Below, in pieces: positions 53,901-64,000 of a DNA stretch of 64,000 nucleotides. Position 1 is the first letter of the stretch; the number at the start of each line of letters is the position of its first letter. The translations under genes were made by a program, and so were the position numbers. Under the pieces are notes generated by a model. That model was not told the DNA's origin. It did not search any database and saw only the letters and a list, made by a program, of their open reading frames with translations. This stretch comes from Selaginella moellendorffii (lineage: Eukaryota > Plantae > Lycopodiophyta): contig NW_003314271.1 in NCBI RefSeq assembly GCF_000143415.4, forward strand, positions 2,028,806-2,092,805, in the 5' to 3' direction.

Positions 53901-56505
53901 GACTGAAAAGCGCACTGGTGGCGCGTCGAAGAAGGACAAACAGACAAGCAATAGGAAAAAAGGAGGTACAAATTATATTTGCAATGGCGTGTGGTCTCAT
54001 GCCATTCCTTGTAGGAGACACTTCTTCAAAGGCAAAACAGGCAAGCACAAGCCAAGCTCAAACTGACAGTGGTCATAAAAAGCGAAAGCACGTTGGACAG
54101 TCGTCGGGATCAGAGGTGTTTGATTCGAAAAGGAAGAAGGGCAACGAAAAGATGATAGGTAATGCCTCGCGGTTATGGCGTGTGTGCTCATGCCATTCAT
54201 TGCAGATCAAGGGCTGAGTGAAAGGAGCCAGTCACCACCTTCTGACTCAGATTCCTATGGCGGACTCCCCTTCCCCAATCTCAATGGAGAGGTACAATGG
54301 ATGAGGGATGCTTTTCAAGTCAGGGCCACGTTTTTCTCATCTCGTCGTCTTCGAAGGGTGCAAGAACGTGCAGAAACCATGTTAAGACAGTCGGGTGAGG
54401 ATACGGTCCTAGGTCAAGCACTAAAACAGGCTATGGATGTCTTGTATTTTGAGATGGAGACTCGGCCAGATGATTTTCCCAAGATGGTCCTGGAAAAACA
54501 AGCCATCCAGCCTGAGCAGCCTATGGAAGAAATGCAGGAGGGGGATGAGGAGCTAGAGAAAGATAATGAGCAGGAAGAGCAGAAGGACGAAGAGGAGGAC
54601 AAAGAAGAGGAGGACGAAGAAGAGGAGGACGAAGAGGACTTGGATGGTCCTCACAATGGTGACGATCACAATAACGACGACGACGATGATGACGACGATG
54701 GCTAGCTTGAGGTGGCCAAAGAGCAGTGGAGGAAGGTCATACAAGACAAACCATCAGGTAAATAATAGTACATCCATTCCTAACCTTTTACCATTTCTAA
54801 CATTGTCCATGTAGGTTGCAGAAGAAATGGTAAGTAGAGATTATTCAGTTGAATTAAGATACAAACTCTAGCCTTTAGTGTCGAGGAAGGATAGTGCCAA
54901 GCAAGGGTCGAAACGTATGTCCAATCCTTCAGAATCAGCAGTGCGCCCAATAGCAGTTGATGGTAAGTACAGTATAGTCGATTCAATGTGCTAATGAGTT
55001 TGTTTTTAGTAGCCAGTAGGGAGGATACCATCTCAATCGAAGGGAGATATTTGGACATGCATATGGATCCGCCAGTGGACTCTACTTGCCTGCAAGAGTC
55101 ATCAGAGCTGGTGGAGGCTACTATCCATATCAACGCCAAGCAAGCTGACCACGCTCCACTTGATGCTGCCCATACCACTGAGTCAATCTTGTCCATGTAT
55201 CCAACTGACGGTGACCAGGCGCCATTGGACCCGCATGAGGCCGCCCCAGCCGCCGAGCCGGTCGTATCCTCATTTCCAACGGACTCAACGTGTGCCCAAT
55301 CGTCTGACTACGCGCCGTTGGAACCACCCTACACCGCCCCTGCTGCCTGTTCGGTCATGTCCACTTTGCCAACGGAGGCACCAGCTGAAATGGCGTGTGA
55401 TCACACGCCATCGGAACCACCCCATGCCACTGTTGAGCCAGTTGTACCAGAGTCTACAGCTGAAATGGCATGTGCCCACACGCTATCGGATGCGATTGAC
55501 CCCACATTGCAGAGGAGAGTATTTCCGCCCTTCGTTTCCTCGACCAAAACCCTCTCAACGACCATCGGGAGCACCATTCGCTAATATTGTAGATGGTAAA
55601 ATTGACTTGTACCATTTTTTATGCTGACGCATTTCATTTCAGAGTCACGGCGAAAGTACTGTATCGTTTTTGATCTGAACGGTGTCCTTTTCTCCCATGA
55701 GCGTGGCTCGTCCTTGAATGTCACTGCACCCTCCAAAGCCTGCGGTCGCAAGTTGGTCAAAAGAGACAGATTCACATTAATCACACGAGAGAAACTGCGG
55801 GATCTAATAATGACCATGCGACACTTAAAACAGAGGGCCGAGTTCAATTTGCAATTGGGAGTTTGGACATCCATGATGCGCCACAATGCATTAACGTTGC
55901 TACAGATGATGCACGATCAGACGCGAGTAATATTACCATTTGACTTTCACCTAACGCAGGAGGATTGCTTGACTATGGTCCATGTGAGGGGTAGCAAGCC
56001 CATCTTCATCAAGCCAGAGGCTGTAGCGATGAACCGGACTGCTAGGTCAAGTGAAATCCTCATCATCGATGACTCGCCGATTAAAATTGCAGCGAACACG
56101 CACACATATGCAGTGCACCCCATCTTTTGCAGTATGGAAACTAGGGAGAAGAAACCGTATGTTCTGGGGGACCTTGCAAAACGGCTTGAAGCGATGGTGA
56201 TAGAGAACCGGCCAGTCCAGGAGGTGACTGCAGAAATCAACCAAATGGCAGATGGAACAGTATATCAGAAGCCATTTGATCGGACAGACACCAGTCATCA
56301 TTTATGGCATGTATATTGTCTAGCCAAGCACTATCCGCATCTCCATAATCTGCTCAACCGGATGGGTTCTTCGACCACTGAACGTGAGCGTGGACGTATT
56401 AGAGAAGAGATGGCATTTCTATTGGGTTTAAATCCTGATAGTGTGGAGAGTGATGAAATTCCAAGATTATTGTATAGGCGTTGGAGGCAAAAAATAACAG
56501 TCTGA
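50926..56505 (+). pseudogene. Spliced cargo gene, copy 2: ParB/Srx-like, degenerate amino-MTase, linker, FCP1/NIF HAD phosphatase (~1,600 aa, 11 exons)
   Basis: GT-AG introns 50929-51167, 52347-52400, 53716-53765, 53838-53893, 53966-54014, 54159-54205, 54758-54814, 54830-54878, 54963-55009 and 55596-55642 give phase-consistent joins. Lesions: stops at 53034, 53595 and 54703, and a 2-bp deletion near 55533. Confidence 0.78.
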
Positions 56506-57287
56506 GATGGCATGTATTTATTTAAAAATGTAACTTATTATGGCATGGGGTTCCATGCCATTGTATTAATATTAAAAGACAATTCTTTGAGAGGATTTGC
56601 ATTATACTAGAAGTGTTACAGCATGTTATTGTAAGTCTACAAAGTTGTTTTATTAATAAGGGGAAAGTAAAGATTGAATGGGGACTTGGGCTCCACCTAG
56701 ACTCGGAGCAACTGAGCCAATATTAAAAAAGGATGGAAAGAAATTGGACGACGATGACAAGGAGAAGAGAGAGGTGAAGTAGTGGCAGGGGGAGGAGAAG
56801 TGATTGAGTAGACATTTCCTTGTTTAAAATAAAATGGCATGTGCCTCAATGCAGTTGAATTTTGTTATATTTATATACTATATAAAGGTTTGGAAACCTT
56901 ATTTTACAAGTGGGATAATGACAATTCCCACTTTAACGAAATAGAGCTTATCTGCAGTCTTTTGTTTTTTCTTCCACTTCTCTTAATGCTTTAGCTTGCG
57001 TATGAGAGTCTCTAGCAAGGCATTGGTCTGTGCCAACTGTCCTTCTAGAACGTCCAATCGAGCCTTGGACAACCGAACCTCACCACCGGACTCCTGTTTA
57101 GAAGTTTCCTCATTGAAGTCCTCCTCATGCAAGGATTCCTCATCCATAGCCTATTGTTCGACCGGAGGCTCTAGTTCTAGAGGAGGTTTTGTCTCTGCCT
57201 TGGTTCGTTTACGCCCTCCCTTCGCCATCTCCTAGCAATTCGCCTTTATCTTTTGCTAGAACTGAAGAAAAATCTCCAATACCAAAT

Positions 57288-59084
57288 TGTAAGCCACAAA
57301 TTTTTCCTTCCCAATTTGCCAGCTTACCATGTCTATTCGACCAACACTGTCTTGGCCTTAGTTAGTTTCCCTTGCCAAGGTTCCTGCCTATTGTACCAGC
57401 TCCTACTTGATCCTACTTAGTTTCAACTACTCACTGCATGAGCAATGGAGTGTTAGCCATCCATCCACAGATACCCAAATCTCTCCCAATCCCCCTCCCC
57501 GGGTTAGACTGAACTTAAGGTTCGACTACACTCCCCATAGGCATAAGCAGCCAAGCACACCAAGCCTCCAGGTTCCTAACATCCTTTGGTATAACAAGAC
57601 TTGATCATGGGACCCTCTAAATCCCAAGCCTTGTGTAGCACACCTTATCTCTCTCCCCTTAAACCAACTGGAAAAGGGGCAATTGTTTGATGAGAGAGCC
57701 CTTAGTGGCTATTTTATCCCCATTTATCCCCCAAGGTTCCAAGGATCCACGGTGACAGTATATCCAAATTTCATTCCATGATCACATGCGCTGCACTCAC
57801 CCCCTCTTTAAAGATGTCAATGTCCTCATTGACTATTAGCTAACAACCCTTATTGAGCCAAGAGGAACGAGCACTTCCATTTTCGCACTAAATCTACCAA
57901 TCCTTCCATTGTGTAGATCAGCTATTCCATGTGAGGCAACTAGTCATCCACCCATACCGCAGTCCCACGGTGGATACCTTCGTCCGTGGATACTCCACAC
58001 AAGAGGAAGGACGTATGCATGGATGCCCAATACGTATGATTTCAAATTTAGGGCTAGGAATATACCTTGCTCAAGGGTATATTATGTTTTTAAATAGCCA
58101 CTAATCAATGGGAATTGAACCCGTGCCATTTACTCTGATACTACATGTAGTGCACTTTATCTCTCTCCCCTTAAACCAATTAGAAAAGGGGCAATTACTT
58201 GATGAGAGAGCATTTAGTGGCTATTTTATCCCCATTTATCCCCCAACGTTCCAAGGATCCACGGTGACAGTATATCCAAATCTCATCCCATGATCACATA
58301 TGTTAGACCTTGGGTGCAATACCTACTTCGTGACGTTGGGGGGGGGGGGAGGGGGGACACTGTGGCCTAATACCCCCCCCTCTTCCATCCCAAAGGGAGG
58401 GCCCAAGCCCCTAGGAAGGGCGAGGATTAATAAGCTGCAAGGTACTCAAGTGGGGCACCACTCCACATGAGCTGGGAGCACCACAGTCGGTTTCCCTTCC
58501 GGGAGTGGGAGTTACTTTTGAGCATTTCCTTGGGTGGCCCGTCTGACACCATGCTCACTCCCACCCAAGGCCCCTTGGCCCTAGTCTCAACCTCAAGTCA
58601 GTTTGGAAGCACCACTGGAGAGTTCTTTCAAGACTGGTTCTTGGACCTCATTATCCCTACTATACTTTTGGAAACCCCCTACAGCTCCCCCCCCCCAAGG
58701 AGACACACGCTTTGGGCTTTCACCCTCAACTTGTATTAGTACTCGGTCTTGGACTTGGACTTGATCTCAGACTCGACCTCGGACTCAATTTCAGACTCGA
58801 TCTTGGACTCGACCTCGAACCTGATCTAGGACTCGACCTCGGACTCGACCTTGGACTCGGTCTCGGACCCGATCTTAGATCTCGGACTCTGTCTCAAACT
58901 CAGTCTTTGAACTCGGTCTCGAACTCGGCCTCAAACTCGATTCGGACTCTATCTCAAACTCGGTCTCTAAGTCAGTGTTGGACTCAATCTCCGACTTGGT
59001 CCCATTCGATGAATTCTTTATCATTTCGGTTTTGCTTTTGGGGATCCTTTAGCCTACGACACCTCGGGGAGTGGGTTCCTTACA
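57288..59084 (-). mobile_element. 5' LTR of A2, containing a TRIM
   Basis: TGTAAGCC...CCTTACA, preceded by a PBS-like CTCCAATACCA. Confidence 0.9.
57634..58307 (-). mobile_element. TRIM family D, complete
   Basis: Two ~160-bp LTRs, PBS, PPT and TSD CCTTG (57629-57633, 58308-58312). Confidence 0.9.
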
Positions 59085-61029
59085 GTCAATACAATTGCTA
59101 ACTAGCAAATGCACGAATGCCAATAACACAAAGTCATAGCCAAATCATCAACACCATCTTCATCAAGACTAATGAAACTTAATATCAATCCTACGAAGAG
59201 ACATCTCATTTCATTTGCATCTCAACATCAACAATGTTAATAACAGGGCATCACTTCAATGCTATCAACACCATAACAAAGCTAGAAGAAAGCAAGAGTG
59301 ACACATAGCGTATCACCACTCAAAGCTCTTTAGCAACCAAGCTAACCAAGTATCTGAGACCAATTCTCCAATAAAACTCAGTTGCAGATAACACATCATC
59401 AAGGAGTGACTCACCACATCCAAGACTCAATAAAATCCAACACTACGAACTAAACGCAACCAAATGACATCGATAGAGATAGAGTCAAAATGCCAATATG
59501 GAAAATCCATGTAAGTTTAACGACACAAACCTTTGCAACACCATTCGGTAAAGCAAACTCATCACTACTAAATCTTCATCGAGTGAAGCAAGTGTCAAAA
59601 GTCCTTGACAAAGGCTACAAGCAATTACTAGTTGCAAAGTAACTAACAATCACCCTTCAACTTGCCTTCACAAGACCCAAACACTAAACTCATGCCATCG
59701 AGTTGTATACTTGTCCAACATGAACGTAATACTTCAGCACGAGATAAAGGTTCATGGATAAGCACGAACTAAATGACTACTTGAATCCAACTCAACTGCA
59801 ATAAGCTTATTAACATGTCTAACCAATAGCTCTGAGCATGCCTTGAAGAGGCTAGTTATGCATGACCAACACTTAGTCAAAACTAAAGTGAAGACCACGA
59901 GATGGACTCATATCGGTACACAACTTCCTCATAGACAAAGCTATAGTACAAGTACTAACATCTCAACCTCAAACAACTAAATTGAACATCACCATCTTCA
60001 ATCAAGGCACAGGGCTACCAAGACTAAGTCAAGATCAGTGAAAGCTCACTACTCTTATGAAGTCTAACAAAATGCAATGTGCAACCTGCTGCCAAGCATA
60101 ATGTTACAAAAGAAAGGCACAAGGGTCACCTTTCTAGAAAAATGTAATGGCCACTTTTTTACACCAACTCTAGACTCTATCTAATTCAATTGCCTTAGCC
60201 ACAAAAGTCAACATCTCTTTCGAGCTGCATCATACAAACTACCTACTAAGGTTTAGGCTAACTGAAGTCAACTCCAACCCTTTCACTAATTTATACTAGC
60301 TTACGAAAATAGAATGGTTTTTGAGCAAAATGATTAATAGATCAGCCATTGGAAAAGTTTAAGAAAATTTATGGAAAAATTTCCATCCTAGAAAAAGAAT
60401 GACTATCAGTCCAAAAATGCAAACTTTCAAGATTCAACCAGCTTCCTCCTACCAACAACTTTATATAAGTTCACCTCAACACAAATTCTTATGACCCATA
60501 GTATGTCTAAGTATCAAACATCTTTGCCCATACTTCTGACATTCAACACCGATATCCACAAAATGCAAAATGAACATCTAAAACTTGATCACAAAGACCA
60601 TATTTTCAGATATCCACATTGGGGATGGTCCAAAGTTGAGTTGAGCTCATGAGTTGAGCTCAATTTAGCTCAAGTCAATGCTAGTCAACATAGTCAACCA
60701 TAAGTTTTATAAGGAAATATTAAGTCAGAAAAATGTTATTCTTTGGTGAACTTGAAATTTATGAGTTTAAGTATCAATGGTTCAGAGAGATTTTTATTTT
60801 TTGAATCTTTCTAATGCAGTTTATATAATTTCTAGAATTAGAAGTTTGTCTGAACCCATAGAAATTTTTGGGCTTTATTGGTCCCAAATAAAATGGGAAT
60901 ATTGAAGTTCGAATGAACCGGAAAATTTCTATTGTCCATTTCAACATTTTAACATTTCAACAATTGACCAGAAATATATAAATAATTCGAAACACTGATT
61001 CACTCGTTCATTCTTTAGGGTTTACAGAG

Positions 61030-61278
61030 ATGGGAAGCAAGGAAGAAGACAAAAAATCTGTAAGTAGTTCTAGCATACAGAAATGTGAGAATGTGAATTT
61101 TGTTTCACTACCACAATCTCTATATTACACGCCTGGTCCTTATTACCCATTCGGGAATGTGGAGACCACTATCACTATTGATAAAAATGCTCCTGTTACT
61201 TCCGAAACAACAATCCAGAGCAAGAGAAAAGAAGAAATGGACAGCACAGCGGAAAGCACTAATAAATCCACTCTATAA
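61030..61278 (+). CDS. Small (82 aa) protein homologous to 11170-11427
   Basis: VSLPQSLYYTPG, NAPVTSETTIQSK and DSTAEST are shared. Confidence 0.6.
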   Translation: MGSKEEDKKSVSSSSIQKCENVNFVSLPQSLYYTPGPYYPFGNVETTITIDKNAPVTSETTIQSKRKEEMDSTAESTNKSTL

Positions 61279-61719
61279 ACCTTTCAATGGCTTTTGTAAT
61301 CCACTAAAATATTATAAAAAAATGTAAGTTTTTTATATATATCTTATTCCTTTTGATATGTTTTGTCTTTGCAAAGATATATGATGTAGACAAATCAAAG
61401 AATTAAATCTATATATGATTTTGGGATTGAAAGGTAATCTTGCAAAAAGGCATACTTGCGTGCTTGTGTATATTCGCTATTATTATATATGGCAGGCCAA
61501 CTATATAAAATAAGGCTACATATTAATTATATGCTAGTTTTTAGCTTCTAAAACCCTATAGCCACTTGTTTCTCATAGTAGGTTGTAATTACTAAGACTG
61601 ACAATTATCATTCACTATAATGTCATGTCATAATAAAACATCATTCCCGAGATTGAAATATAGTATATTAATGAGAGAATTCTTATTGCTAGGAAGTTTA
61701 ATTCTTCTTGTGTGTTGCA

Positions 61720-62274
61720 ATGGTTAGGAAGAAGTTTACTTTTGGTCCTGAAGGCCTCTCATATGAGTCTCCACCTCCATCTCCAATCTCAACCAATAAT
61801 CCACCTTCACCTCTACGCAACAATCCTCCTTTTCATTTTGAGAGCTGTTGTGAGGCTCTTCCATTTGCGACCTCGAGTGCAACTGAACAAAAACTCCTTC
61901 CTTATGATGTTGTTAAAAAAGTTGGATTGCCTCCAATGCTTCAAGAGCGATGTCAATATTTTCTTCAAGATCTTGCTCCAGATATGGCAGGGGAGCTTAA
62001 TGTAGATACATACTATCTTCAGTGTCCTATATGCAACTTTTATTTAAACAAGACAGATGGTTGCATGGGTTTGGTAAATTTTATTGAGCATTGTCGCAAA
62101 TGCCCAAGAGCGGGTTTGGAAGGTGTGCACGCGTGGATGTATAAGAAAATCAAGAAAGAATTAAAAACACACAGCTATTATGATTTCATGGTGGAGAACA
62201 ATATTCCATTGGTGAACACTGCATCAGTAAGTGCTGAATATGGGATATTTAGGCCACCCTTTAATGTAATGTGA
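61720..62274 (+). CDS. Cys/His-motif (putative zinc finger) protein, tandem paralog 1
   Basis: YYLQCPICNFYL..GCMGL..F.EHCRKC..GVH.WMYKKIKKEL, with a Pro-rich N-terminus. Confidence 0.6.
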   Translation: MVRKKFTFGPEGLSYESPPPSPISTNNPPSPLRNNPPFHFESCCEALPFATSSATEQKLLPYDVVKKVGLPPMLQERCQYFLQDLAPDMAGELNVDTYYLQCPICNFYLNKTDGCMGLVNFIEHCRKCPRAGLEGVHAWMYKKIKKELKTHSYYDFMVENNIPLVNTASVSAEYGIFRPPFNVM

Positions 62275-62532
62275 AAGTCATGCATAGTTTTTTCAAAAGG
62301 TTAATTCTTTATGAGTAAAGTGGAGAATCTTATATTTTTGAGAATGATATTATTCTAGCATGTATAAAGATATTATTATATATACAAGTGGTTCTGACAC
62401 TGTTATAATTCTGAAGTCCCATTTTTGAGACTGACAATTTAAACTTTCAAGAACCCCTAGATCTTTTCTTAGTATAAATACCAACAAGGGATGCTTTCAA
62501 CATTGAAATTTCAGTTTGTTTAGAGTGTAGGA

Positions 62533-63075
62533 ATGGCTAGGGAAAATGCTATTGCTACTCGCACTTGGCCCCCATGCATCTCATATGAGTCTCCACTTCC
62601 GTCTCCAACTTCTACCAACATTCCACCCTTCCCTCCATACATCAATCGTTGTGAGGCCTTTTCTTTTGTAGCCCCAAGTGTGACTGAACAAGAGATCCCT
62701 CTTCTAGATAATGTTCCAGATGTTGCTACTAAAGATGGATTGCCTCATGTGCTTCAAGAGCGATGCCAGATGTTTCTTCAAGATCTTGCTCCCGATATGG
62801 TTGAAACTTTTGAAAGAATGAACACATATTATCTCCAGTGTCCCATCTGCTACTTTTATTTAGATAAAACGGAAGGCTGTATGGGTTTAGAAACTTTTCT
62901 AGAACACTGTCACAACTGCCCAAGAACTAGTGTGGAAGGTGTGCATAAATGGATGTATAAGAAAATCAAGAAAGAGTTAAGAACACACAATCATTATCAT
63001 TTCACTGTCAGTGTCACAATCATTATCACATTGACATGTGACACATCTTTCTCATTGCATTCAATTGTCTTTTAA
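62533..63075 (+). CDS. Cys/His-motif (putative zinc finger) protein, tandem paralog 2
   Basis: Same motif block. TATAAATA at ~62473 upstream and AATAAA just after the stop. Confidence 0.6.
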   Translation: MARENAIATRTWPPCISYESPLPSPTSTNIPPFPPYINRCEAFSFVAPSVTEQEIPLLDNVPDVATKDGLPHVLQERCQMFLQDLAPDMVETFERMNTYYLQCPICYFYLDKTEGCMGLETFLEHCHNCPRTSVEGVHKWMYKKIKKELRTHNHYHFTVSVTIIITLTCDTSFSLHSIVF

Positions 63076-63206
63076 TGTATCATTAATAAATAGATTTTTC
63101 ATACCACTCCTCAATTTACATATTGCATATGATGTGCCATGCATACCTAGGAAGACTTCTAGAAAACTAAATATATATTATTTATAAGTTTTTAAAACAT
63201 CATAAA

Positions 63207-64000
63207 TTACCTCCTAGAAGCAACTGATAGAGAAGGACGAAAACCTCGAAGACGGCGTTTGAAGAACTCATGTTCTTCAATCGCAAACACCGATCTACCA
63301 GAGTCACGTGCTGCTTCGACCATCGAACCACTACCTGCTGTGCAATCGATGACAACACCTCTAGTTGGGCAATAAAGCTCAAGTAGGACATGCATCGCCG
63401 ATGGAGATCGGAACCGATACCCAGACAATGTGTTGCAGATGTCGTCGTCTATGAGATTTGGTATGATGTCAGTAAAGCTGTCATACCCTGGCAAAACCCT
63501 TGCAGCACACTCGCTATCACGAAAACCGTCATTTTCTTTTCTGCAAAACACATGGTAGGTCCACATCATAACCTGAATAATAAAACTTTAGAGACAACCA
63601 AAACAGAAAATGATTTCTTACCTTCTCTGGCATGCCTAGGACACCTTTGGTCTCAACCCCAACACTATCCATGATGCATCCGGAAGAGAACCTCTTGAAG
63701 TTGACTCGACTTGCATACCTCATAAGGCAGGACATCCAATGGGGGTCATTCGGGAGAATGAAGGCAACTTGACCGGTTGTGTGAAGGAGAATTGCTGCCA
63801 AAAGGAATGCATCCTTCAAGTGGTCTTTAGTCAGGTTGTTCCAGCTTGGGACATCACCATTAGCGTCTAGAAGACCATCTGGCATGTCAAAGAGCATGAA
63901 GTTTGTGCTCTTGAGCAGTCGCCTATGGATCTTCTGACAAAAGCGCTCCCACTTTTGCTGGATAGCCATATTCTCAGCATCCTCCTCAAAAGATGCCATC
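63207..64000 (-). CDS. Beta-class N4C/N6A DNA methyltransferase-like domain (5' end outside the window)
   Basis: FMLFDMPDG (motif IV position) precedes VVIDCTAGSGSMVEAARDSGRSVFAIE (motif I). A 49-nt GT-AG intron at 63573-63621 joins the two ORFs in frame (PEK-VMMW). Confidence 0.75.

Larger units (their letters stand above)
48526..56949. mobile_element. Large TIR DNA transposon, copy 2 (8,424 bp; complete ends, transposase deleted)
   Basis: Perfect 24-bp TIRs (48526-48549, 56926-56949) and 4-bp TSD ATCT (48522-48525, 56950-56953). Flanks rejoin into the family A gag start (compare 15400-15450). Confidence 0.95.
20259..59084 (-). mobile_element. Chromovirus family A outer element (A2) hosting a 38.8-kb nest
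   Basis: 3' LTR 20259-21339 with adjacent PPT and 5' LTR 57288-59084 with adjacent PBS. Matching TSD GTCAA at 20254-20258 and 59085-59089. Confidence 0.88.

Noticed and set aside
1-56630. One giant inverted repeat or giant TIRs spanning ~56 kb
   Set aside because: Copy 2 has its own TIR pair and TSD, and each copy interrupts a different retroelement, so these are two independent insertions.
60600-60910. TIR for the putative sister element
   Set aside because: Only weak resemblance (TAAAATGGGA) to the subterminal sequence; no convincing terminus or TSD.

Overview
Repeat-dense land-plant DNA. TTTAGGG repeats, Cassandra TRIMs, a Tat-type gypsy with an extra RNase H between protease and RT, and 47-57 nt introns point to a lycophyte such as Selaginella (inference). 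Most of the window is a nest of decayed Ty3/gypsy elements (chromovirus family A, a Tat element, a young non-coding LARD, two TRIM families), and the order of insertion can be read from target-site duplications. The main find is a large cut-and-paste DNA element present in two inverted copies (<1-12087 and 48526-56949). It has 24-bp TIRs (AAGCTCTATTTCGTTAAAGTGGGA) and a 4-bp TSD. It carries a broken DUF7869/Sola-like transposase (copy 1 only) and an 11-exon, ~1,600-aa cargo gene fusing a ParB/Srx-like domain, a degenerate amino-methyltransferase fold and an FCP1-type HAD phosphatase. About 20 fixed-spacing palindromes per copy (ATGGCRTG-N6-CAYGCCAT) are scattered through its introns, intergenic DNA and one exon, and I saw none in the surrounding retroelements. 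The right end of the window (61-64 kb) appears to start a diverged relative with a better-preserved N4C/N6A-type methyltransferase and two tandem Cys/His-motif genes. All domain calls come from motif recognition by eye, not database searches.
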